Shown here: positions 37,195 through 50,789 of the stretch, piece after piece
Layout of the letters: every line of letters begins with the position of its first letter
How positions within the stretch are numbered: position 1 is the stretch's first letter
Origin: Asterias rubens
Lineage: Eukaryota
Direction of reading: 5' to 3'
Assembly: GCF_902459465.1 (NCBI RefSeq)
Contig: NC_047062.1
Coordinates: 24,304,001-24,368,000, forward strand
DNA: 64,000 nt
Translations under genes and position numbers: made by a program
The notes under the pieces: model-generated
The model's database searches: none
The model's input: the letters and a program-made list of their open reading frames with translations, nothing else
Told to the model about the DNA's origin: nothing

Positions 37195-39083
37195 CAATAA
37201 TCGTTTTTAAATAGCTCGATATGAACTCTTAGTTTTCCGTGTAACCCTGGAATGGTTGAAAACTAAAAACTGATTTTTTTTTTATAATACCAAAAAACAA
37301 TTTACCACCCAATACCTCGAATTCGGTTGGTGGTTTGAACTCCCAGTGAGAGCGCGAGTATTTGAGTCCAAACATTTTCTGAAACTACGGCGTGGTGACA
37401 TGTTATCATAGTAACATTACTGTATCTATAATTATAAGCAGATACTATTATTATGAAACATTCGTAAGAGAGTTTCAAGAATGCCAAACTTTGATCAGAT
37501 GATGGAATCAAAACACTCTGTGTAGTTTTTGTACAACTTGGGATGAGTTTAGTCTCTGCGGTGAGGTGAGTCTATCGTGTATGTGTCCAGCGTGAACTTA
37601 TTTCAGCCTGAAATTAACGTCTGATTTTCGCTGCTTTACCTATCAAGTAAAAACTTTTTGTTTTGTTTGAACTAATTGGGATCAGAAGGGCGGTGGCTGT
37701 TTTTTCTTTTTATAGAATTAACTTTTAGAACCCGTACCAGGTGTGTAGAAAGAGTAGAACTTATAATTTATTACTGTTGTTTGGAATAATGTATTTCATG
37801 GGCACGTCTGTAGAAGAGTTTGTGAAAACAGTTTAAAAATATTTCTTTTGGGAAAACAAACATTATTCTTTTTTTGATGAGTGGTTACCGAAAGAAAACT
37901 TAGCGGAGAACCGACTCTGTTCATTTATTATTGTTCTGTCCCTTTCCCACTGTTTATGTCCAGTTAGAAATATCACCCAAAGGTCTACACACAAAAACGT
38001 TATATACGAAAGAAGTTACAAGATAATTATTTACAGCCCGTAATCATTTCAAGCCAAGCAAGTTAGTTTTCTCACCTTTCCCGTGGTAGCCTACTTAATT
38101 TATCAACATATTGAGAACATTGCTTACAAAATGTGAAACATCAAGGTACTGCAGATGACAACACATTCATTCTGATTCAAAATGTTGTATAGCTTATCAA
38201 ATTCGACACTTTAATTCATTTGTTTGGACATGACTTACTAAAACACCGAGATTTGATCTTCTTTCAAAACGACAACATCGGATACATCAGATTATCACGC
38301 CACGTCGCCACATTATGCTTGTTGTTTTTTGCATCTATGGCAGCTATTTGTTAACTGACTGCAGGTCAGAAATATATCTAATCAAATTGATAACAACCAA
38401 CGAACGTTTTTGTATTATCAACTTATTTATTTATATTTTTAGTCTCCTTCTAGTTTAATCTAACAAAATGGGTTAGAGATTGTTGGGATTTCCAATAAGA
38501 AAGATAAAATCACGGGATGCATCTTCAGGAAAATTTCCTCAAATAATTTGGTTTCGTTCAGCAGTTTAAAAAACAAAATCAATTTAGACCTCTTTTATTT
38601 GATTTTCTTTTAAATCTTTGTTTTTCTTTCTTATTTCATTGGTTTGTTTTTGTATTGTGTTTTAATATTGGTATCATTATATATTTATCATCATTATTTG
38701 TTAGAGTGGGTTAAAATAACTCATTGATTGAGTTCAAAACTACAAGAACTGACTAAACTTGGCTGTCTTTATAATTGTTCACACCCAATGTGTTGTACAC
38801 AAGTTGTTCATTAACCAATGAAATAATGTTTCATTTGTTTGAAAAGATCCACAGCATACATTACGGAATTGTCTAAATAATGCATAAGAAAAAGGACGTA
38901 TCCTTCAAAGCTCTACACAAACGGGCCTCCTTACCAACAAGTTCTTTCTATTGTCATATCTGTTTTTAAACTAGAGTTGCTTGTACTGAAAGTTTCGGAA
39001 CCGTTTCTCATAGGCCTTGTATAAGTTGTTTTCCCGATTGATGTTTCAAACTGTTTTATATAAATTAACATTCAAGTATTACA

Positions 39084-39115
39084 AATAAATCACTTATTTT
39101 CTGTCTTTTTTTGTG
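39084..39115 (+). terminator. Probable NK2.1 polyadenylation signal (implies a ~1.9-kb 3'UTR)
   Basis: AATAAA at 39084 followed by a U/GU-rich downstream element TTTTCTGTCTTTTTTTGTG, at the end of a long AT-rich, repeat-free tract. Confidence 0.5.
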
Positions 39116-41856
39116 AGGAGGGGTTTGTACTGGGTTTGACACCACATTATCACAACTTTTCCGTTTTGTAACCTATCTTGCTCCTTGGTACCACCCGTGA
39201 TTGTAGCATTCTAAAACTAGGCCATGTTTTGATATCAGAACCAGATCAGGCAATTGTCAATCTTGACTTAACGTGGATCTGTTTTTAAGGCAACCGTCAA
39301 CTCATCACAGTGTTGGCCTAGTTATCTTTCCTCCCCAACAAACCAATATGTACCCCTCAGGTCAAGTTGTCCCTTGTACTGGTAGCTCCAATCATGTTCT
39401 ATATTATATGCAATGAATTGGCCCTTTGCGATGCAACAAAGAACACGGTAAATTTACCAGGCGCCTGGGCAAATTTACTCACCGTTCGTTATCGGGGTTG
39501 CGCTTGCACAGCTCGGGTCAGACAAGACATCTGAAATCTCAATTATGCAGAACAAGATATAAGTAGAACATTTAAAAAATACTATTTGTTACGTAAAATT
39601 GCTAAAAAAATTGTTTTACTACAAACGACTACGTCATTTTGTTATCTGTTTTCCTGTCTGTTGAAGAGTTATTTCCCTTATAGCTTTCAGTAGTCCAATA
39701 TGGTCACCGTTTAAATAAGATGAAGGGTCCCAAGTTTGTGCACTGAAACATGCATGTCCCTATTAGGGCAATCTTGTACTTTTTGATTGAGACATTGTAT
39801 AAAGGGACAATTTCCATGGGTTAATTTTATTGTCAAATTTGAATTCGAAATGTTAATTTTTCCGCGTATTTATTACTCAAGCCTGAAATACCCATATTAT
39901 AAAAAGGCAGCAACCATTGATTGTTGCTGTCATTTGTTTTTGTAAAATCTTTAACTAGGGTCCAAATGTCGAGATGACACTTTTAGAATGATATAAATAA
40001 TATAAATTTAAAGGACCTTTGTACTGACGTCATTTGATAATGACACATAATATGAGGATGTAGATAATAATAATAAAACAGGTACTGTTCACGAAACCAA
40101 GGTGATACTTTGTTGTGATTCCGTGTTCATGTTAAATGCAACGACATTTGAGTATTTTAACTACTCGTAATGGTTTATTAAGTCGTTTCACAAGACCCCT
40201 TGAAACAAAATTTGACTTTTTAAAATATATTTATCTGCGAAAATCAACAACAGGATTTGTAAATTTTTCAAACAATATAGGTTAATATTTTATCACAGCG
40301 TAATGTAAGTGCAAACAAATCACGCAGGCATTTGAGTTGGAAATTATGATAAAGTATTCGTTTATGCGCCGAGAAAATCAAAACCTCGGTTGATGTAAAG
40401 CTTGTATGAACGAAGCGTGTGTTTCCTTGGAATATTACTAGCCCCTAGATTTGATGTTGCAATTTTGCTTGTTTTATTTTTAGTTTTTTCTTTTAATTAT
40501 GGGGATTTGTTTTCCTCTTTGGACACTATTGTGTTTTCTTTTGCTTGGCATAATATTTTAAAGCAAACAATCTTTTCAACTCACCTCTAATCGTGTGATG
40601 GGTAACTAGTGACAACGTGATTTGCAAGCAGGCCTGAAATTTCATTTGGGGAAGGGAATTTCCCCGGGAAAAAACGTTAAGTTATTAGGAAACGTTTGAA
40701 GGGGCACCGATACCAAGGCCAAGACTGTGGGCAACATAGACAGGCATCCGTGTACTTCCAGGCTTGCCATACGCTCCAAGGAAGTGGTAGTTTATATTAT
40801 CCATCAAATTATCCGCCCAGTTGAGATACAAAATGAATCGCAAGATTTGACAAGTTCGTTGAAATTTTTTTTTCAAGAAAGAAATTTCACGCTCAAGCAA
40901 AGTTGTGTGCTTAGCAGCACTATGTTATTTGGCTCAGAAGTGTTCAGACTGGGTAGATAGTTTATTTAACCACAAGGCAATTATGTTAAGAAGTCTATAG
41001 GATGGCTTGCGTATAACTTCGATTCAAGACTGACATATGAAAGACACTTATAACAATTTGGGGGTTCTACTCCGTTTTGTTTGCCTTCATGGAGAATATC
41101 TCGAGTTTTCTCTTTCTCTATCTCAACATTTCCGCAGACCTGGAAATTTCCAACACTCTTCGTGGAAACGACACATATCTTGAAATACACATCTAAAGAT
41201 ACTGGTAAGACAATGGAAGTCATTTGACGAACGGACAAAACATCGAGGTGGTCGTTAACGTTCTTTGTTTCTTTTAGGTTTTTTTTTTTTGGTAATCGTG
41301 AAAAGATAATACTTCTTTCAATTTAATATGAATTTGGAAGTATTGCGGGTATACTGTGACGGGGGTGTTTTGCGTGAGGAATACTTGCAGGTAGTCAATA
41401 ACCGTTATCTGAGACTCATGTTTGATCAGTTTACAGTGGGGTAAGTATACCTTCACCTAGCTGATGCGTTGCACTTACCATAGCTTCGAGTAGCAGAAAT
41501 CTAATTGAAGTGCAGACACAGACCAAATGTAACGAATGATTGGCATGTATAGTCTACTGAACTATTGATGTACCAAAACATCCTTGAAATATGACAATTC
41601 CATTTCGCGCGTTAAATTTCCTGCAAAAATAGACTGCTAGGAGATACATAAACAAAATACCATATAAAACAAATAAACAAAAGATGAAAACAGCCCCAAC
41701 TTAGAAATACAATTCTGGGCGCCAGTTTACAAGCTATAACAATTATAACCTATATCTTTCTGAAAGTTTGTACACTCAGTTGAGTAGGCCTACCTTGTCG
41801 GTAGATACTCGCGCTACTTCAACACTATGATTATTATTAATATATCACTGTCACAC

Positions 41857-42202
41857 TTAAAGGCAGTGGACACTATTGGTATTTACTCAAAATAATTATT
41901 AGCATAAAACCTTTCTTGGTGACGAGTAATGGGGAGAGGTTGATGGTATAAAACATTGTGAGAAACGGCTCCCTCTGAAGTGACGTGGTTTTCGAGAAAG
42001 AAGTAATTTTCCACGAATTTGATTTCAAAATCAAGCATCTGAAAGCACACAACTTCGTGCGACGAGGGTGTTCTTTCATTATTATCTCGCAACTCCGATG
42101 ACCAATCGAGCTAAAATTTTCACAGGTTTGTTATTTATGTTGAGATACACCAAGAGAGAAGACTGGATTTTGACAATTACCAATAGTGTCCATTGTCTTT
42201 AA
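41857..42202 (-). mobile_element. Kolobok/T2-type MITE (family A), reverse orientation
   Basis: TTAA...TTAA; reverse complement of the family A body with an internal deletion removing the hairpin. Confidence 0.85.
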
Positions 42203-42461
42203 ATGATAATTATTTCAGGGAAACATATTATGGACAAATAAAATTTACAATTTTTGTAATGGGTAGCATTCTGCGATTGAAAGTTATACCACTCTGGGAC
42301 AGCCTTTGATAAACACTCGCTCAAAAATCAAGTTTTGTTAATTAAACTTGTGTATTTTCAAAATATTCATCGGGAATGTAAACAGATGAAAGTATTGCGC
42401 AATTCTTAGTTGCATTTATTCATATTCATGTATTTGTCAACTATATTATATTTATATATAG

Positions 42462-42463
42462 AT

Positions 42464-42498
<35 letters not shown>

Positions 42499-42600
42499 TT
42501 AATTCGTTTTTTGTTTTACTTGTTTACTTGTTTATTTATTTATTCATTAATTTATTTATTTATATATTTCTTTCTTTCTTTCTTTGAATTTATTTATTAG
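42462..42600. repeat. (ATTT)n microsatellite with degenerate extension
   Basis: Directly visible. Confidence 0.9.
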
Positions 42601-43113
42601 CTTTTTTATATTGTTACTATGTTATCATTAATATTGTTATTTTTGCTGGGGAAAAACCCAGATTGATTATGTTTATACTTTAATACATATTGTCCAATAC
42701 GTTTTGACAACACATGCCTATGTAATAAAACAAAATAAACAAATACATACAAACATAGTGGATAACAGTTTTTTCTTTTCTTTTCAGAAACACGTCAATG
42801 AAGCCACATTAAAGTTAATAGCATCAAAGCTTGACATCCATGTATAAAAACAGTCTCTTTCTCTGAAACGGTTTCCTTTGTAAACAAAGCTTTACTAAAA
42901 CACATTGACGTTTTTTTCAACGGTATAGCTGTTTATATTCCAATGTCATTAGTAAAAGCAATACCCGTATAAAACCGAGTGGCTGTATAACACATGCCAG
43001 AACATTCTGCATACCACACACACATACGTTTAAATCTTTATAGATTGATTGTTCCATACAATTCTTTTGACAATTTGATCTAAATTAAAGTTACGCCTTT
43101 AGTTGTGGACTAT

Positions 43114-43490
43114 TTAAAGGCAGTGGTAATTGTCAAAGACTAGCCTTCACAGTTGGTGTATCTCAACATTATGCATAAAATAACAAACCTGTGAAAATTT
43201 GAGCTCAATTGGTCGTCGAAGTTGCGAGATAATAATGAAAGAAAAAACACCCTTGTCACACGAAGTTGTATGCGTTTAGATGGTTGATTTCGAGACCTCA
43301 AGTTCTAAATCTGAGGTCTTGAAATCAAATTCGTGGAAAATTACTTCTTTCTCGAAAGCTATAGCACTTCAGAGGGAGCCGTTTCTCACAGTGTTTTATA
43401 CTATCAATCTCTCCCCATTACTCGTCATCAAGAAAGGTTTTAAGCTAATAATTATTTTGAGTAATTGCCAATAGTGTCCACTGCCTTTAA
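43114..43490 (+). mobile_element. Kolobok/T2-type MITE (family A)
   Basis: TTAAAGGCAGTGG...GTGTCCACTGCCTTTAA. Confidence 0.85.
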
Positions 43491-46400
43491 AGCTTAGCAT
43501 TTCAACTGTGTTTGTCGGTGGTAAGTCTCCGGTTTCACAGAATCATGAATTTATTGACAACATGTAGGAATAGCAAATGAAGCATGAAGTGGAACGAACA
43601 ACAAATCTTGAGAACTTATGAGCAATTCTGCCAGAACCAAGGGGAGACTTGAGACTATCTTACCGACAGTCTTACTTTCTTATATAGATATATACGCTTT
43701 ATAGACCCCAGATCTATTTTCTTGGTATTATATTGTTTCCGTTTGAAACATTACTTCGCAAGAAAACACCATAAGTTCCTTTAATAACGTCGTGATGGAC
43801 AAACATAAGTTACTCAATGAAACCAATTTGACATTGTCTTTATGATTTATTTTGCTATCGTCACAGGTAGTATTTTTAGAAACATATTGGACAACTTCAT
43901 GCTACAGAAATACTAGAAAAAAAGGATTCATTGATTAAAACTTTGTGAATGATATCATATGATATTCACTTCCTACTAGAATTGCATGCCAGAACGCGCC
44001 AGCAGCCCAACGGTCGCTATCGGCGTACCCTGCCCGCTTTACCGATCCACCGTGCCTAATTTAACACATCCAGCCTCGTGCGACGTGTAGCTTTACGAAC
44101 CGCTTGCAGTCAATAAAGACGAGGTGTCGCCCGTATATCATGCCGCATTACACAGTCAAAATACCCATTTAAAAATCGCTGCCGTCGTCCAGTGTTTTCT
44201 TTAAAAAAGGTGGTTTGTTGAGGTGCTTGTTGGAGTGAAAGCATGCACGGCGATTACACTACACATACAAAACGGTGCTGGACAAACTTATGAGCTATTT
44301 TTCAAAGTTGGCCATCAGAAGAAGAAAAAAAAAAAAAATTGTACAACTTGTCTATTCGTTTATAAATGTATGATGTATGACATAGCATGACTTTAAGTTT
44401 GGTCTACTGTAACATCATTTGTAGAATTCAATTTGTGATTTCCAAATATAAATTCCACGTTGGATCTTAAGCTTACCAAACGCGTTGATTGTCCATATCG
44501 GCTTATCATTTATTGATAAACATGTTTAACAACGTTTGGAAAACGGTTAATTTTCTTAGAAATTACAAGCGTCTTAATTTAATAAATAAATGTCTAAATA
44601 ATGAAATATTACTTTCAAACATGTTTTCCAAAGGTTACGCTGCTCTCTTTCCAAAACTGCACTGAGTTCAAAACAAAAACAAACCACAGCAACCAGCAGA
44701 TTTTTGTAACCAAAACCTCAACCAAAACATCAAGCACGGAGTTTGCGGACCACTAAAACAACAGCTGAGGACATGTAAACATGAAACTCAAATGCGCTGT
44801 TCAGGGACGCCTGTTAAAGTAAAATAAACAATCTTAACTATAAATTCATTTCAACCCGCTCATTTAAAACCTATACCTTAAACTTGTTAACCCTAACAAA
44901 GCATTTTTATCATCTGTGAAAATAAACATCACCGCATAGAAAATGTTTATACTTGCCAGGACATGTTCCCCCTATGAATTTGTGTCAAACATAACGATAA
45001 CGGGACTCAATCCATGCAGGTTTCCTCACCATGACGTCACTGTACACATGTTTAACTAACTGGGTACACAGTCCTTTACAAAGGCAGAGTTAACATAATG
45101 ATACGGTTTTTCCAATTCTATATCTTCACATATAAACAGGCATGCCACATATCGAAGAGCACACCCTGGCAACGAAACCCAAAGAGAAGGGGGTTGTCCC
45201 TACCCTGTCAGTCCCCCGCTCACGGCCCCACACAAGGCACGGGTGACGGAGAGTAACACCCCCAAAACAATACACACAAAAGCTGCTGATCATTATCGCC
45301 AGTTTAATCTCAAACTTCTTCCTCCTCCCTTTCTTGTTTCCATTCGGGGGTTGTTTGGACTCCGGGTTTCGTCAAAGAATCGAAACACAGGTTTCGAGTA
45401 GTGCGAACTTCGGCATGTGCTGGCCTACTTACATACACAAATAACTTGGTTGCTTGCTCCGTACGCACGCTCGCAACAACCCCCCTTTCAGTCGCTGATA
45501 AGCACGGGTCTTGTGTTTCTTTCGACATCAGGCAACTTTGCATATATGTAAACTGACGAGACTATTTCTAAGGCAACGGATACAAACTTTGCAGACGAAC
45601 TAAACTAGTTCTTGTATTAGTCCTTTGAATTAGGCTCATTCATTTCTGACGATGAAAATAGCCTTGTCAAATTTGACACACATCCCCCCCCCCCCCCCAA
45701 AAAAAGTGAAATTACCAACTAGCCGATGTAACTATAGACCTGTATCTCTATATCTTTTCAATCAAAAAAGAGTTCGCTTCTATGGAAGAAAGCAATGGTT
45801 AGCTCTCACTTGTTTCGCTTGGATTTTTAAAAATTAACACAGATGAAGTTTCATTTGGGCCTACAACCCCTGCATCAAACTTTACAACCACACAACGCCA
45901 TGATGAATGAAAACAACAACATTATGAGTTATGTTGATATTTCGCTGCTAGGGTGGGGGCAAGTGTCAAGTAAATCCACGAGCACACTAATGTTCTTTTA
46001 AGCATGTCACAATAGACGGGGAATACATGATTGTCATCCTATAAGCACCTATATATAACTTGAGTCTGTACTTATGTGCGGTATTTAAAACTATCAACCC
46101 GCGGCGGCGTTGCGCTGGCGAGCCGGCTACCAACTACTCGCACGCTACGACAGCTAGTCGTTGTTCAAATTGCAGCTGTTTTAGAAGCATTTGTTTCACA
46201 TCGCTCTATTATGGGGATTTGTGTTACCGTCTCCATGTACTGTATATGTTACTGCAGGCATTGTTTATGAAGCAAAGGTTTATTTATCATGTACAAATCA
46301 AATTTGACGGTTTGGGGCGTGTGATCAATAAGGAAAACCGATAGTCTAAGACAGCTTTTTCATCCAGATAGTATTTTAACAGTTTGAACTTATTTAGTTT

Positions 46401-48999
46401 TATGTTAACGTTTAACGACCAAGAACGAGTAAAAAATCGGCGATGAAAGTGATTCTAATTTACTCAATTGAGATATATCAATGCATGACCGTAATAATTA
46501 ATAAAGTGATGTTAAAAACAATGAAACACAGCGCCTCTGAGCAGCGTCCGCTTTCCTCACACAGGTTGTGTTGGTGAGTTGCCAGTTCGAGACTCGCCGG
46601 CGTTATACCTTGAGTACCCCCCGAGAGCGAGGCGGACAAACCAGGGGCGAGTTGGCCTCTACGTACCGGGGCGGGGGGCCTTGGTCACAGCTGTGGACCT
46701 GCCGTTGTACAGGCCCCGGCGTCTCGACCGCATTTTACTAAGTTTCAGCCCCAGTTTGACAAACCTACGTTTGGCAGCTGTCGATTTTCCTTATACCATT
46801 GAAAACTCAAGTGTCGAGTAGAACAATAACCCTATTTAAAAATGAAAAATACGAGATGTCTGGCATGCCTCGCTAATAAATGACACAATGTATCTCAAAA
46901 AAAACCATCCACCCTTTTGGTATCAACTGTACTTTAACCGGCGACAAAAACAGATACAGACCCCTGGTAGAAATGTTCTCAACCAAAGGGACAGCAAATG
47001 AAAAGAAATTGATTGAAATGTCACATGTATTCAACTTGAAAATGACTAATTGAATTGTAATATTTCCCCGTTGTTATAAATGAAGTTCAGTAGAAACCAT
47101 TTTTGTTTCCCCACTTATCAATCAAAGGAGTTTCCTTATTTTTGCAAAAGCTTTTTTGTTTGCCGTTTTCTTTTCTCTCCTCTGTAATAGGGTGAGAGGC
47201 CATGATGGTCAGTCCATTTTCCTTTTCAGGCATACTCCTTCAGGCCTATATAATATGAAGGGTCTTGGAATGAGAGGAGAACAAAAACTCAGCCGGTCAA
47301 TTAAATCTTATTCAAGGTTAAAACAGAGGTAGACTGTAGTTTGTCTTGACAAGAAAATGACAAATAACTTGGTTTAAAAAAAACCCATATTTGATTCCCT
47401 ATAAAAACTTACTACCATCTACACATCTTACAAAACACTAGCATTTAAAACTTACATTTGTATTTGGAACAGACGGACATAGACTTGTTTACATGTTACA
47501 TTGAATATTGTACGCGTACAGAACCTTTGTTCACGGGAGAAGAAGATGTAATGCCGGAGCATGTGAATAAGATGACTAGATAATAATGACAAGTGTTATA
47601 AACTGTTGGCGTTCAGGGCATGAGGCATGGTGAAGTAGTGTTTACTAAGAAAGTTGGGCAGATATATTATCCCACAAAGGTCGACCATTTTCATGGGATA
47701 GTTTTGTTTTTAAGTCACCAATTGACTAAATCATGCCCATCTCGGTTATAAAGCACTGTCCTCTCTACCGGTATGCTATTTTAGCACTATCATCTCACTG
47801 GGTTAATCGTTTTCATGGGTAGAATTTCCTCATCAAATTAACTGCGTCGATGGTAGAGGACCGATTAAGCATATTGTACTCTATTCGAGTCCCAACGGGA
47901 AAAATCAATGGGGACCTCGGGTGAGATTTCAATTTTTTGCTACCACAGTATTAAACAGAATCTTCATTTCAATGTGAGAGGTGAATGGGAATGCAAGTAG
48001 AATTTGATATTTAATATGCCTATTTAAATTAGCCTAATATTTGACCACGTGTATCTGCTTTTTACTAACAAATTGGTCGCATGGAAATATATCTCCATTT
48101 CATAATTTTCACAAAGGTTGCTACAATGCCTGCTTCCGCGGTTCAATTTGATAGCTGCAAATTATGCTTATGATGCTCAATTCAACCTACAGTGAAATTG
48201 TGTAGGCCTACATTTTGACATGAGTTTGCTCACATGGCAAAGTAATTATATTTTAAGGTTTCATTTTTTTTAATAATGGGATAGCATTCAAAGCTTATCA
48301 GTGCGGTACCGTCCAACATTTGAATACCTATAGTTTCATTATGGCGTTTTACATAAAAATCTAAAAGCGCTGTACAGGAAATCACAACAAAATTATATTA
48401 AACCATTAAATCAGTAATCCAATAGTTACTTAGTTAAATACGCAGGGAGTAAAACCACAGAATGAAGAAATAAAATCCCTAGTTATGTATTAGGTACTAG
48501 GCCTATTCTTTCTTAGTTTTGGACCTAAACTCAGGTTTCGCTTACTATGCATAATATAACAGTATAAATACAATCCGCCATCAATCACAACCTCTTCATG
48601 GATGAAATAAAAGGGTGTCACAGTATACACGATTGCAGTTGTGTTGTTGTAACAGTTGTTTTCATGTTTGTTTTAGTCTTTGTTCTAGGTGACCAGTTTA
48701 GTGCAGCGCACTCTGAGCATTCACATAATATGGAGACTCACGTATTGTCTTTTTATTTATTGACAAACTCCTTTGTGTGTTCACAACTCTATTCCAATAA
48801 GTTGTTGGTTCAAATTAATATTTATGCGAGAGGGAATAAAACGTATACACACAACAACAAAAAGAAGAAAAAAGGTAACAATGATAGTTAGCACATGTTC
48901 TTCAAAGTATAGTTGCTGTCTCGTTACATTATAGAACAACATTGCACAAGAAAATTAAAACAACGAATTCAGTCCTTCTTCCCACCTGAAGTTTCCACT

Positions 49000-49500
49000 T
49001 TCTTTTCAATTCCCATCGGCGGACAAACCGCTCTTTGTTTTGGTGTACAAATATCAACCCAAACCACTTCACCGTACCACCAAAAATCCATGACACTATC
49101 AATCAGAACGGAAGACAGGATGAGCCGATTTACAGTCACCAAAATATCCTTTCAGAGGGGGACCGAGGGCACTTTTTTGTCCGGGAGTTAATAGCCTCGA
49201 GCCCCACCGGACAACAGACGAGGTGAGACCCTTGAGAAGCCGGTACAAAGGGAAGGTGTCGGCGAAGTACCCACGGTTACACGGACGGTTGATCCCTAAC
49301 AATATCGACAAATTAGCAGCAATTAGCCGGGGCTTCTTCTTTGAAAAACTAATGCTAAGGTACCCCTGTTGGGTCAACCCCGCTCTCCAAATACAAATTG
49401 GCAGATTAAACGCTATGGCACGTCCAAATGAGTGCCATGATAGTAAAGGGGGAAAAATCGAAGATTCCACGGCAGACGGGAGAGATGGCGTGTGAGCTTT
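49000..49500. promoter_or_regulatory. Candidate downstream enhancer
   Basis: GC-richer non-coding island with multiple TAAT/CAATTA homeodomain cores; its ORFs have no protein-like signature. Confidence 0.3.
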
Positions 49501-50789
49501 TAACGATTTTTTTCATCACATTGGTGATGATGAGTTTAAAGGTGTTAAACTATACACTAGCATATTTATTTGTAACATTATACTTCTTAAGCTTCGCTAG
49601 GGAGCCATTTCACTGTTTGATGATGTCATGCTATTTGCACATGTATTTTGTAGATACCCTTAATGTTTACGGCAGGTATGCTATACTGTGTATACAAAAG
49701 AATGACAGCATCCTCGCTGCAGACTTCATACCGTCGAGTATTCAGAAACAAGAAAGGCAGAGTAAGTAAGAGTTGAGATGTTCCCCACATCATCCTACTT
49801 AAATAACAGCAGTGATACTGATACCTTTAAAAACTGCTGATCATGTCATTATTTTTCCAGCACTCACATTTTGATCCAATGGACTGTTTGTGAACGTAGC
49901 CGTATATGGGTCACACGGGTATAGATAGGATGCAATAACTTTCCATTCACATGTGTATCATACATACATGTGATGTACCTCCTGCAAGAGATAACACTTT
50001 TGGGCGGGTGATATATAACATCACAACTTCATCCATTTTGGGAGTGTTTATTGGTGGTGTGAATGCTCATGTAATGTTATGTGTCTTTACCTGTGCCGAA
50101 TGGAGCACACATGTAGGATAGGTACACGCAATAACACATGTCATGCACTAGTCAATCGTTTTGAAGGTGTAATACCAAAACCAACCATTTTGGGGGTGTG
50201 TATTGGTGGTGTGTATGAAACCCTTTAACAGAAGAAGCACTAGCGGGGATCATGTTTGATTTGACTAGTCTGTTCACACCAGCCGCGTCATGTGCAGTAT
50301 ATAAATCAATATATCAAAACGCCTCCCCGCAATAGCGTTTGTCAGCCATACCCTATACAAACAAATAAATATTGACATTTTAAACCCAAATACACTTTTT
50401 GTGAAAAGGTTATACGAATAAATCCATAAAAATCTTTTGAGTGTAAAAAACAATCTGTGAAATTTCACTCTAATTAAATTTGTTCAAACGAAGAAAAATA
50501 AATAGTCGTGTGTTCATAATCGTTACAGCGTGCCAACATTTTACAGGGGGATTTATTTTTGGTCAGGAAAAAGAAAATTCAGGAAATGCAACATCAGATA
50601 CTGAATATTTATTTACTGGCAGGTGACGGCAACTTCAAAATATCACATTAGTTGATTAATGTGCGAACGTCAGCAAGAGAGATATATCCAGCCATGTTTT
50701 GTTTTGTTCTCATTATAATGCAGTGATCTGAACGTTCAAACTGCCTGTGTTTATGCTACTGGATGTTGAACTGTCAGAGATTCACCATC

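Noticed and set aside
38339-38346. miR-22 8-mer seed match (GGCAGCTA) in the predicted NK2.1 3'UTR
   Set aside because: One 8-mer for some conserved miRNA family is expected by chance in 1.9 kb; it needs conservation data.
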